A DNA stretch of 63,863 bases, filler included, from Octopus bimaculoides (Eukaryota): NCBI RefSeq assembly GCF_001194135.2. It is 8 parts of 8 records of this genome, joined end to end, with 100 filler letters (N's around TTAATTAATTAA, not from the genome) between each part and the next. Parts side by side here need not be neighbours in the genome. Positions count along the whole stretch, not along the records: positions 1 to 7,916 come from NC_069004.1; positions 8,017 to 11,679 come from NW_026302307.1; 6 more parts are not named here. One strand, written 5' to 3'. Numbering within the stretch: position 1 is the first letter of the stretch; each line of letters opens with the position of its first letter. This document shows positions 1 through 9,980 of this stretch, piece by piece. Position numbers and translations under genes: made by a program. Below the pieces are notes generated by a model that ran no database searches, was not told where the DNA came from, and saw only the letters and a list, made by a program, of their open reading frames with translations.

Positions 1-62
<62 letters not shown>

Positions 63-66
63 TAAT
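1..66. repeat. (AAT)n microsatellite
   Basis: Direct read of tandem AAT units. Confidence 0.98.
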
Positions 67-540
67 ATGAACTAGATAGGATACAACACACACAAATGAA
101 AGAGAAAATAAAGAAAGAATACTGTAGACGAGTTAGATCAATACTGAAAACAGAGCTCAATGCTAAAAACAAGATAATAAGTATTAACACTTTAACCGTC
201 CCAGTTATAAGTTACAGCTACAATATCTTTAACTGGACACGAAACGAACTAACGAAAATAGACAGGAAATCAAGAAAAATAATGAGAGGATCTAGGATGC
301 ACCACCCAAAATCTGACATCGAAAGGCTATATATATACAACGTACAGAAGGTGGTAGGGGTCTTATACAGCTGGAAAACTATTATAAAATAACCACCATA
401 GGACTGCAAAAATACCTACTTCAGAAGCAATGAAAACTAATACAAATAGCCACAAAACACGAGCAAAACAAAAAACTGTTTTCAGTATTTAAGGAAGCTG
501 ACAAATACAAACAAGAAATCATACTACCTTATAAATACGA
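67..540 (+). mobile_element. R4/Dong-like RLE non-LTR retrotransposon fragment (post-RT region), frameshifted
   Basis: Translation KEYCRRVRSILKTELNAKNKIISINTLTVPVISYSYNIFNW...DRKSRKIM...MHHPKSDIERLYI matches the RT-thumb region typical of R4/Dong-clade LINEs; flanked by (AAT)n and (GAA)n. Confidence 0.8.
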
Positions 541-613
541 AGAAGAAGAAGAAGAAGAAGAAGAAGAAGAAGAAGAAGAAGAAGAAGAAGAAGAACAACA
601 ACAACAACAACAA
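539..613. repeat. (GAA)n(CAA)n compound microsatellite
   Basis: Direct read. Confidence 0.97.
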
Positions 614-641
614 TCACAGTCTAACTTAGAGGCAAGTTCAC

Positions 642-831
642 TATCCATTATATTGATCTCTAACAATTACACATGGTCATTATCGATTATTCTGATTTCT
701 CACATAGTGACACGATCTCTATCGATTATATTGATCTCTAACAATGACACAAGGTCATTAGCAATTGCATTGATTTGTCATAATGATCCAAGGTCATTAT
801 CAGTCACATTGATCGATACTCACAAGGCCAT
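642..831. repeat. Degenerate 39-bp tandem repeat, about 5 units
   Basis: Units at 642, 681, 720, 759, 798 share TAKCRATTRYAYTGAT...CAAGGTCAT; the last unit is shortened. Confidence 0.85.
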
Positions 832-841
832 AGTTGATTAC

Positions 842-926
842 CGTATTTGATGGCTGCTTATGAGGCACCATAACAATCCGTAGACAGAAGACGGTCACGG
901 TTGTAGATTTCTGGACGCCCCAGTTG
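842..926 (-). CDS. Possible internal exon of the minus-strand host gene (NWGVQKSTTVTVFCLRIVMVPHKQPSNT)
   Basis: Acceptor ttttctattcactttgtgaaacattacag, donor ACG|gtaatc, one open frame (phase 2 to 0), raised GC. Not phase-compatible with 9905-9980 without an unseen exon. Confidence 0.3.
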
Positions 927-1149
927 CTGTAATGTTTCACAAAGTGAATAGAAAACATCTCCACAGTTATTAGTATTTTCTAATATACCAATACATCTCA
1001 GTAGTAAGTTTACATAAAATTGGTCAGGAGAAATATTAAATGATAACGCTTGACCCCCCCCCCCCAAAGGACTTGTAAAATATTTCTCATCCAAAATTTT
1101 TAGAAGGAAAGTGGCCCATTCAGTTGCCTTCGTCACTGAAAACCCATCG

Positions 1150-1530
1150 TGTATTTACTTTTATTAATTCCAGTTCAGAGGGCTGTTATACATCCGGCTT
1201 CGTCAGGCAGCATGGCAACAAATACGCTGGCAGACAGGAACCACTTCTTGTGCAGGTAAAAAGACGAAATCTTGCATGGTGCTGTCATGTATCATGCCAC
1301 AACTTCCTGACCAAAACCATTCTTGAAGGCACAGTTGAGGGAGGACGACAAAAAGGCAGACAGAAAATCCTGGTTTGACAACATCAAGGACTGGTCAGCT
1401 CACTACGCAGAGACCCTGCTACGCATGTCCGAGAACAGAGACGAGTGACAATGGCTGACTATGAAAGCATCTAAAGTGGCAGCCCACTGACTGGCTGCAT
1501 CAGTTATGGGATCTCGATGATGATGATGAT
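1150..1530 (+). mobile_element. RTE-clade LINE 3' end
   Basis: RQEPLLVQVKRRNLAWCCHV...LTKTILEGTVEGGRQKGRQK.SWFDNIKDW is the typical RTE C-terminus; ends in a (GAT)n tail at 1517-1530. Confidence 0.8.
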
Positions 1531-1720
1531 TTCCAATCTAATTGTTCCGTCAATATGAACCCTTCCAAGCGAGTCGTCTCTTATTTTTCCCTTCGTAGTA
1601 GCATGTTCTATGTCATCTCCGTTTATTAAATCCGATTGGTAGATTGTTTTCATTCCATTACCCATATCACGAATATTCTTCAGTTTATTTATTCCACTAC
1701 TTGTGATGTCAGTCATTCAG
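1531..1720 (-). mobile_element. Possible highly degenerate LINE 3' fragment, tail-to-tail with the preceding RTE
   Basis: Frameshifted G...ENNLP...GKNKRRLAWK resembles the RTE GH..R...GRPRRRW end; terminates in the shared (ATC)n. Confidence 0.3.
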
Positions 1721-2098
1721 TTAGAACCAGTGAATGTTTATTGTTTCACTGACCGACTGACTCGTCTCACATCCTCCAGTTAAACTACCACATTTAACTG
1801 CTCATATCTCATAAATCAAATAAGGTGAGGAAAATTTGCAGCTTTAAGCTTGTAGTTGTTATTTTCTTAACGGTTCCTATATTGTCTTCATCTCTTTGCT
1901 AGACCAACAGAGAAAGTGATCGAAGGCCATCATATGTGCCAATTCTTTCCGTTTCATCTTCAAGTGTCCTTTCCTATATATCGTCTTGATTTTATTTCCA
2001 AAAGATTGGTGGCTCCCTCCTATTACCCTCCACAAATTATCAGTCATGCTTTATTTATGGTTTTCCAATGTCTCTCTAGGTAAGTATGTGCGAGTGTA

Positions 2099-2141
<43 letters not shown>

Positions 2142-2151
2142 NNNNNNNNNN

Positions 2152-2191
<40 letters not shown>

Positions 2192-2569
2192 GTGTAAAGA
2201 ATTCCTACCTGTTTATTGGCGAAAATCTTTACACAGGACCAAGTTATTGGACATTGTGTATTTCAGGGGTAATGTATATATGCGGTAGCTGACTGTAAGA
2301 GTGGTTCAACTGTTTCAAACGATTCAAAATGAAGTGATCCCTATTTTCGTGATTCCAACCAACTTTTGTTCAGTTATCAAGTTGGACCATCCTTAGCTAC
2401 CATTACCCACGAGGGACGACAATTTTCCCTCCTCCTTATCACCACTGTTATTTAAGAGAGAAGCAAGGGTCGCCACTAATGCCATCTAATGTGTTAGAAT
2501 ACAAAGAGCCAAAACAAATACCACAAGGCACCCGTTCTAAAAATTCCACCGATCTTCCTCTTCCGTTTC

Positions 2570-2700
2570 GAACCCAGTACTTGATCAATACATTATTTTA
2601 TTGACTCCGAAATGGTGGAAGGCAAAATTAATGGAAGCAGAATTTGAAGTCAGAGCATAAAGAGTCGTAATTAAATACCGCAAGGTATTTCGGTCGCTGT
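2570..2700 (-). mobile_element. tRNA-derived SINE family B, degraded fragment
   Basis: Similar to 18160-18325 (tacttattttat.gac.ccgaa...gaaaggcaaa...ggaatttgaactcag). Confidence 0.6.
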
Positions 2701-3180
2701 TATAACGAATCTGCTAAAGGTAGAGAACATATTAAAATATATTTTCTTGCTATTTCTGTCACAGTAAAAACACGCTGAGACAAAGCACATACATATACAT
2801 ACATTCAGACATATTCATACGCAAACTCACATTCACATGTAGGCATTCATGCCGTGAATAGCTTTAGAATTTAACCGTAGCAAGAATTTGCTGGAACAAA
2901 ATTATATTAAATAAAAATTGAATGTGAAAAGGCAGAAATGATCTCGGCTAAACACATTCGTCTCCTTCCTTCAAGTAGGTGGCTCGTCAAAATTAACTCT
3001 AAATTAAAAAGAGAAAAAGAACGATATGTACCAACGCGTCTAGAGCAAAATATGGCTGAACATGGGTTCATGGAGAGAAAAGGCACATCCTTAATTCATA
3101 CATTACAAATGATTACGATATCTGATACTAAAAAAATTTGCAAAACCTTCTAAAGATTTGAAATAATAAACAAAGATGCG

Positions 3181-3327
3181 TTATTTACATTATTTACATT
3201 TGACAGATATTTGTCCTCATCTTGTTTGTTGTTAACGCAACATTTCGGCTGATATACCCCGCAACCTTCATCAGGCGTCTTGGGGGAAATTTCGAACCTG
3301 GGATCTCATTCCTAAGGTATTTTTCGA

Positions 3328-3398
<71 letters not shown>

Positions 3399-3461
3399 TC
3401 ACTGATTGGAATCGAATTCGGAATCTTGGGGTTAGTAGACTGTGTTCTTAACCATATGCCC
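3181..3461 (-). mobile_element. tRNA-headed, (AAT)n- and hammerhead-containing element, copy 1
   Basis: Reverse complement of 3464-3745 with substitutions and a 9-nt deletion in the A-box region. Confidence 0.85.
3234..3279 (-). ncRNA. Minimal type I hammerhead ribozyme motif (copy 1)
   Basis: GACGC-CUGAUGA-A-GGUUG/CAGCC-GAAA-UG-UU-GCGUU; stem I GACGC/GCGUU pairs; GUU cleavage triplet. Confidence 0.7.
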
Positions 3462-3463
3462 AC

Positions 3464-3533
3464 GGGCAAATGGCGTAGTGGTTAAAAGCGTGGCTACTAA
3501 CCTCGAGATACCGAGTTTGATTCCAGGCAGTAA

Positions 3534-3592
<59 letters not shown>

Positions 3593-3773
3593 TCGAAAAA
3601 TACCTTAGGAATGAGAACCCAGAATTCGAAATTTCCCCATGACACCTGATGAAGGCTGGAGGGTATATAAGCCGAAACGTTGTGTTAACAACAAACAAGA
3701 TGAGGACAAATATCCGTCAAATATAAATAATGTAAATAATGCACATAATTCCTCATCTCTTAAATATAGAACT
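3464..3773 (+). mobile_element. tRNA-headed, (AAT)n- and hammerhead-containing element, copy 2 (most intact)
   Basis: A box TGGCGTAGTGG 3471-3481, B box GAGTTTGATTCC 3513-3524, (AAT)n from ~3538, HHR 3641-3686, AT-rich tail; no run of four T until ~3785. Confidence 0.85.
3641..3686 (+). ncRNA. Minimal type I hammerhead ribozyme motif (copy 2, canonical core)
   Basis: GACAC-CUGAUGA-A-GGCU/AGCC-GAAA-CG-UU-GUGUU; palindromic AACGUU replaces helix III; predicted cleavage after 3681. Confidence 0.8.
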
Positions 3774-3899
3774 ATAAAGAAAGATGTTTTCCTTCACAAC
3801 CTTACTACCAGCTAGGTGAACGGTGAAAATTTATTCTAAATTAAAAAGAGGAAGAGAACATGTATATGCGTAGGTAATAAAGGTGAAGAACATATGAAG

Positions 3900-4790
3900 A
3901 AGTACTCTAGGGACACCGTTGTTTCCATATAAAACAAAGGTGGTTGGACTGACTGACTTAAACTTAAACAGAGCCTGGGAAGAGAAATACTAATCACAAA
4001 GGTAGAAAGTTATTCATAGGTACCTGTTCTGCAGGTTGGAAAATGCCAGCAACGTTGAGGAATAGCAGCCTCACCTGGATCTGTGATAAACATATCACAG
4101 CCCATCTTGAAAGTATATCTTTGCCGTCCAAGAACAGGAGATTGTTACTAAATTCCTGATCAACAAAAAATATAAGAATGCCTCTAAACCTCGCGGCTGT
4201 GGTAGTGTCGATTATGCTATATCAATGTGAAAGATATTGTTTATATCATCAATTAATGACCAAAAATATCTGCAAGATATTACCTCCTGCTAGATATTAC
4301 CTCCTCATATGGTTTATAATACTATACGCAAGAAGGATTGCCGCGATGGTCATGCTAAAGGCGCACTAGATCCAAAGAGTGTCTTCACTGTTAAAAATTT
4401 AAAAAATACTGGAACATTCCAATAAAAACGGCAACCCGATATAAGCACAGAATGCCAGAAACGGTTGCATGGGACAGAGAGCAAAAGTCATACATCATTG
4501 TGGAGTCAGCTGCCCTGCGAATGTTAATGCCTCTTCAAAGATTGGGGAGAAGGAGAATATCTATGGAGATCTGATGAGAAATCTACAGCTCAAATTTCAG
4601 GATACATGTTTTCATTTAATCCTATTCCCATAGATGAACTGGGATACGTAACAAATGATTTGCATAGGAACCTGGAAACATTTGGGTTCTCAAAAAATTG
4701 ACATAGCAAACTGATTCGCATTTCCAGATATAATTGATCAGAAGAACAGTCTAACTTTGTAAAACATTTCAAGGTTTCTCTATTTGAGGT
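3900..4790 (+). mobile_element. Second RLE-endonuclease LINE family, degenerate C-terminal fragment
   Basis: Frameshifted pieces IFAVQEQEIVTKFLINK, SARYYL, VAWDREQKSYIIV..SCP, KENIYGDLMRNLQ correspond to the CCHC/REL endonuclease region. Confidence 0.65.
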
Positions 4791-5421
4791 GCTTGGGTGA
4801 ACATAGGTATACAACTACATATACATATGGAATACACACACACCCAGACACAGACTTATGAAATGCACTCTTGTGTTCCATTATGATAGGCACACCCAGG
4901 AGTGCATGTTTAACCACACCCGTGCACAGCCGCACAATACGCACAAATATGTGCACACATGAGCTAATTCAGGTAACTACAAACCCCAAGAACTGTCTTG
5001 ACTTAAAGAAAAGAGCCTTGCTACTTTGTGAGTGATCGGCTTGAAGTGTTCAAAGGAGAAACAAAATCTGAANNNNNNNNNNNNNNNNNNNNNNNNNNNN
5101 NNNNNNNNNNNNNNNNNNNNNNNNNNNNNNNNNNNNNNNNNNNNNNNNNNNNNNNNNNNNNNNNNNNNNNNNNNNNNNNNNNNNNNNNNNNNNNNNNNNN
5201 NNNNNNNNNNNNNNNNNNNNNNNNNNNNNNNNNNNNNNNNNNNNNNNNNNNNNNNNNNNNNNNNNNNNNNNNNNNNNNNNNNNNNNNNNNNNNNNNNNNN
5301 NNNNNNNNNNNNNNNNNNNNNNNNNNNNNNNNNNNNNNNNNNNNNNNNNNNNNNNNNNNNNNNNNNNNNNNNNNNNNNNNNNNNNNNNNNNNNNNNNNNN
5401 NNNNNNNNNNNNNNNNNNNNN

Positions 5422-5933
5422 ACGAAGAGAGAGAGAGAGAGAGAGAGAGAGGAAGGGAAGGGAGAGAAGAGGAGGGAGGGACAGAATAAGAGAGAGAGAG
5501 AGAGAGGGAGAGAAGAGAGAGGGAGAGTGAGAGAGAGAGAAAGGTGAGGACAGAAAATGACGGACGCGATATACTATCATTTCTTGGGTTGTGTGAAGGA
5601 AGTAAAGAAGTGTTGTCTGAGAGAGGAGCAGGGAGAAGATTAAGGAGGAATGGTAAACATATAGAGAGAGATATAGGGAGGGAGAAAGAGAGGGTGAGAG
5701 AAAGGGAAACAAAAATACAAAAAGGGAAAAAAGAAGAAAATAGCAAAGCCAAAGAAAATATGAAAGAGGAGAAAGATGAAAGAAAGAGACAATAATTGAG
5801 GTGTTGGACATTGTAAAGAATTTGGAGATATTGGAGGTGAGATGATAAGAACTGCTTGGATAGGAATAATCTAATTGTATGTCTGATTGTAATCCTGAAC
5901 GTGTACGTATGAAAATGTATGCTTGTGTATGCA

Positions 5934-6004
<71 letters not shown>

Positions 6005-6027
6005 CATACACACACACACACACACAC
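5422..6027. repeat. (GA)-rich low-complexity tract and (CA)n microsatellite
   Basis: Direct read. Confidence 0.9.
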
Positions 6028-6046
6028 AAGGAAATAATGCGGACCG

Positions 6047-6191
6047 TTATAGACTATACATTGTTACTCTGAGTTTCTTCGCATAATTCTGTACATAAGC
6101 ATTCCTCAGACAATTTAATCACATAACCCAAGCAGAGATGTTTACTCCTTAACTATGTGTGCAGCTCAAAGTAACAATACATAGTCTATAA
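6047..6191. repeat. MITE-like imperfect inverted repeat
   Basis: ttatagacta..attgttactctgag pairs with ctcaaagtaacaat..tagtctataa. Confidence 0.7.
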
Positions 6192-6369
6192 TACTTTGGG
6201 ATTGTATGAGTGCGCTCGCACTGGTGAGTGTGTGTGCAAGTGTGTACACGGGCCTATGTGTTTATATATATATATGTGTGTATATACACACGAATAAGCA
6301 CATAAATGCAAAACAAGGTGGAAGAAAATTGAACTCAATTAGCGAAGGTAGAGTAAACTGGGAGTTATA

Positions 6370-6490
6370 TTAAGGCTGCAAATCATCAAAAAGACTGTAT
6401 CTCAGAGTTTCACGTCTTGATCACAACTGTCCGACGAACTGGAACGTGAAACTCCGAGTCACAGTTTTTTGTGATGATTTGCAGCTTTAA
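6370..6490. repeat. Inverted repeat (about 46-bp arms) resembling an inverted Penelope terminal repeat
   Basis: ttaaggctgcaaatcatca...gagtttcacgt pairs with acgtgaaactc...tgatgatttgcagctttaa. Confidence 0.8.
6425..6466 (+). ncRNA. Type I hammerhead-like motif, family 2 (U4C core variant)
   Basis: AACUGU-CCGACGA-AC/UGGAAC/GU-GAAA-CUC-C-GAG-UC-ACAGUU; perfect 6-bp stem I, GUC triplet. Confidence 0.6.
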
Positions 6491-7279
6491 TAAAAATGTA
6501 TNNNNNNNNNNNNNNNNNNNNNNNNNNNNNNNNNNNNNNNNNNNNNNNNNNNNNNNNNNNNNNNNNNNNNNNNNNNNNNNNNNNNNNNNNNNNNNNNNNN
6601 NNNNNNNNNNNNNNNNNNNNNNNNNNNNNNNNNNNNNNNNNNNNNNNNNNNNNNNNNNNNNNNNNNNNNNNNNNNNNNNNNNNNNNNNNNNNNNNNNNNN
6701 NNNNNNNNNNNNNNNNNNNNNNNNNNNNNNNNNNNNNNNNNNNNNNNNNNNNNNNNNNNNNNNNNNNNNNNNNNNNNNNNNNNNNNNNNNNNNNNNNNNN
6801 NNNNNNNNNNNNNNNNNNNNNNNNNNNNNNNNNNNNNNNNNNNNNNNNNNNNNNNNNNNNNNNNNNNNNNNNNNNNNNNNNNNNNNNNNNNNNNNNNNNN
6901 NNNNNNNNNNNNNNNNNNNNNNNNNNNNNNNNNNNNNNNNNNNNNNNNNNNNNNNNNNNNNNNNNNNNNNNNNNNNNNNNNNNNNNNNNNNNNNNNNNNN
7001 NNNNNNNNNGTATGCGTGTGTGCGTGTGTGTGTGTGTGTCTGTCTATGTGTACATGTATCTACTATTATTCAGGTGGAAGCCTCGGACTGTGCATTTAAT
7101 AGCTCTTATGTAATTATTTAGCAACTACATATCCTACACTGGGGTATATTCCAGAACTTGCAGAACTCCTTTTTTACTTAAAATTAATACAAAGATAATA
7201 TAACAGATTTTAATCATTAAAGTCTGTTACCTTTCTTCCTCAGGTTATATATTTCATCATGTTGGACCATTAATCCTTA

Positions 7280-7450
7280 CACATTTTTCTCTCTCCCCCC
7301 CTTTTTTTTCACTCTCTCTCCGTTTTCTTCCTCTTAATCCTTTCCGTCGAAGAGCGTAGGCTTGAAACGTCAAAGATTTTTCCATTCTTCCCGAGCGTTA
7401 AACTAACACACCTGCTTATTGTTCCAACACTTCTCCTACACCAAAGCACG
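7280..7450 (+). mobile_element. Probable Penelope-type terminal repeat fragment with an HHR-like fold
   Basis: Pyrimidine-rich lead-in, then CUUU-CCGUCGA-A-GAGC/GUAG/GCUU-GAAA-CGUC-AAAG at 7340-7375. Confidence 0.5.
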
Positions 7451-7642
7451 CGCGTTTGGTATTGACTGTCAGAACAGATTTCTGAATGCCATTCCAGAGA
7501 ATAATATATTTTAGTTTGGCCGAGACAGTCCCTTCCAACACTACGTTTCACGAGCGTGTGCACAGGGTCACCGGACAAGTTATATATACATACACATACG
7601 CGCGCGCGCACACACATATATGTATATACATATATACATATA

Positions 7643-7869
7643 TATATTACATACATATAAGAGGGATGACCACTAAGTGGACATCCATTATGCTAGAAGT
7701 AGATCACCTACGGTCTGACCACTAAGAAAAGATTGTTCTCAAGAAAATTCAGCAAGCACCAGAATTTTCTTGAGAACAATCTCTTCTTAGTGGTCAGACC
7801 GTAGGTGGTCTTCTTCTAGCAAAAGGGATGTCCACTTAGTGGTCATCCCTCTTATATATATGTAATATA
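7643..7869. repeat. Foldback/MITE-like long hairpin, about 108-bp arms with an 11-nt spacer
   Basis: Arms 7643-7750 and 7762-7869 are near-perfect reverse complements; TGACCACTAAG occurs twice per arm. Confidence 0.92.
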
Positions 7870-7916
7870 ATTTTTCTGAATCTTCAGATTTTTTCAATAT
7901 GCTAGGCCATTGGTTT

Positions 7917-8016
7917 NNNNNNNNNNNNNNNNNNNNNNNNNNNNNNNNNNNNNNNNNNNNTTAATTAATTAANNNNNNNNNNNNNNNNNNNNNNNNNNNN
8001 NNNNNNNNNNNNNNNN
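7917..8016. other. Fixed 100-bp scaffold gap (44 N + TTAATTAATTAA + 44 N); same linker at 11724, 16498, 20864, 24381, 48708, 62525
   Basis: Identical 12-mer embedded in N runs seven times; it has stops in all six frames. Confidence 0.95.
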
Positions 8017-8324
8017 TATATGCGTCTGTGTGTGTGTTTATGTGTGTATGGGTGCGAGAGTTTATGGATACGTGTCTATACAAACATACTTTCACACTGA
8101 TATAGATGTATACATACATGCATACATACATATATATAATGTATATATATATATGTATATATATACGTTTTTGTTTACATATATATGAGTGTACGTATAT
8201 ATTTATATAGGCCTATATATTTCTGTAAGTATACGTACATGTATGTTTGTATGTATATACGTATGTTTGTAAATATATATATGCATTAATATATGTATAT
8301 TTCCATATATATATATGTTTGTGC

Positions 8325-8483
<159 letters not shown>

Positions 8484-9778
8484 CATGTATGCATCTATGT
8501 ATGTGCGTGTATGCATGTATGTATGCATGAGTGGAGATTAATATAACCGTTTCTTTTGATACTTGAAGCTTTGAAAAGGTGACCATATGTCAGTGGGTCG
8601 TTCAGTTCGTACTAGCATTGTGATGGAGCACTTATTTATTATAGGCCGTTGTTTCTAAAGCCTGGTAACAAATTACTGTAGCGAGACCATGTTTTGTTCC
8701 ACAAAGTTTTGTTTTTTTGTTCCTGTTTTTCTTTTCTGTGTTTGTTTTGTTTTGATATAAAATGTTTCATTGTAAATATTTTCTCTGTTGTATATTAGAA
8801 ATAAAATTCATGAATTAAATACACATACACACAAATAGTATATTTGCATGTATACACATACACACAAATATATGTCTGTGCAAATGATCATACAAACCAG
8901 AGAAATACAACTCTCAAGACACAGAATTGAGTGTCTATATACACGCACATAAACATATTATACATAAACACACACACACACACATCTATATATATATATA
9001 TATATATATATATNNNNNNNNNNNNNNNNNNNNNNNNNNNNNNNNNNNNNNNNNNNNNNNNNNNNNNNNNNNNNNNNNNNNNNNNNNNNNNNNNNNNNNN
9101 NNNNNNNNNNNNNNNNNNNNNNNNNNNNNNNNNNNNNNNNNNNNNNNNNNNNNNNNNNNNNNNNNNNNNNNNNNNNNNNNNNNNNNNNNNNNNNNNNNNN
9201 NNNNNNNNNNNNNNNNNNNNNNNNNNNNNNNNNNNNNNNNNNNNNNNNNNNNNNNNNNNNNNNNNNNNNNNNNNNNNNNNNNNNNNNNNNNNNNNNNNNN
9301 NNNNNNNNNNNNNNNNNNNNNNNNNNNNNNNNNNNNNNNNNNNNNNNNNNNNNNNNNNNNNNNNNNNNNNNNNNNNNNNNNNNNNNNNNNNNNNNNNNNN
9401 NNNNNNNNNNNNNNNNNNNNNNNNNNNNNNNNNNNNNNNNNNNNNNNNNNNNNNNNNNNNNNNNNNNNNNNNNNNNNNNNNNNNNNNNNNNNNNNNNNNN
9501 NNNNNNNNNNNNNNNNNNNNNNNNNNNNNNNNNNNNNNNNNNNNNNNNNNNNNNNNNNNNNNNNNNNNNNNNNNNNNNNNNNNNNNNNNNNNNNNNNNNN
9601 NNNNNNNNNNNNNNNNNNNNNNNNNNNNNNNNNNNNNNNNNNNNNNNNNNNNNNNNNNNNNNNNNNNNNNNNNNNNNNNNNNNNNNNNNNNNNNNNNNNN
9701 NNNNNNNNNNNNNNNNNNNNNNNNNNNNNNNNNNNNNNNNNNNNNNNNNACATACATACATACATACATACATACATT

Positions 9779-9828
<50 letters not shown>

Positions 9829-9904
9829 CACACATACATACATACATACATACATACATACATACACACACACACATGCACAACACAAGCACATTCAGAC
9901 TTAC

Positions 9905-9980
9905 GTTCATAGAAAGAACCGGGCACACGGTATATTACATGTACAGAGTAACATACGGCGCTCACTAGACGCGCATGCGT
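9905..9980 (-). CDS. Internal coding exon of unidentified host gene (THARLVSAVCYSVHVIYRVPGSFYE)
   Basis: Branch-like gctgat, acceptor atttattcgcttag, donor AAC|gtaagt; only phase 0 is open, matching the phase-0 end of exon 15094-15206. Confidence 0.65.

Noticed and set aside
642-831. CRISPR-like periodicity
   Set aside because: Units are contiguous diverged tandem repeats with no repeat-spacer alternation; eukaryotic context and no cas genes.
3222-3698. Paired poly-Leu and poly-Asn ORFs that look like membrane proteins
   Set aside because: They are (AAT)n tracts inside the two inverted repeat-element copies.
4571-4590. CTGATGAGAAA hammerhead-like string
   Set aside because: No stem II between the core motifs; it lies inside LINE coding sequence.
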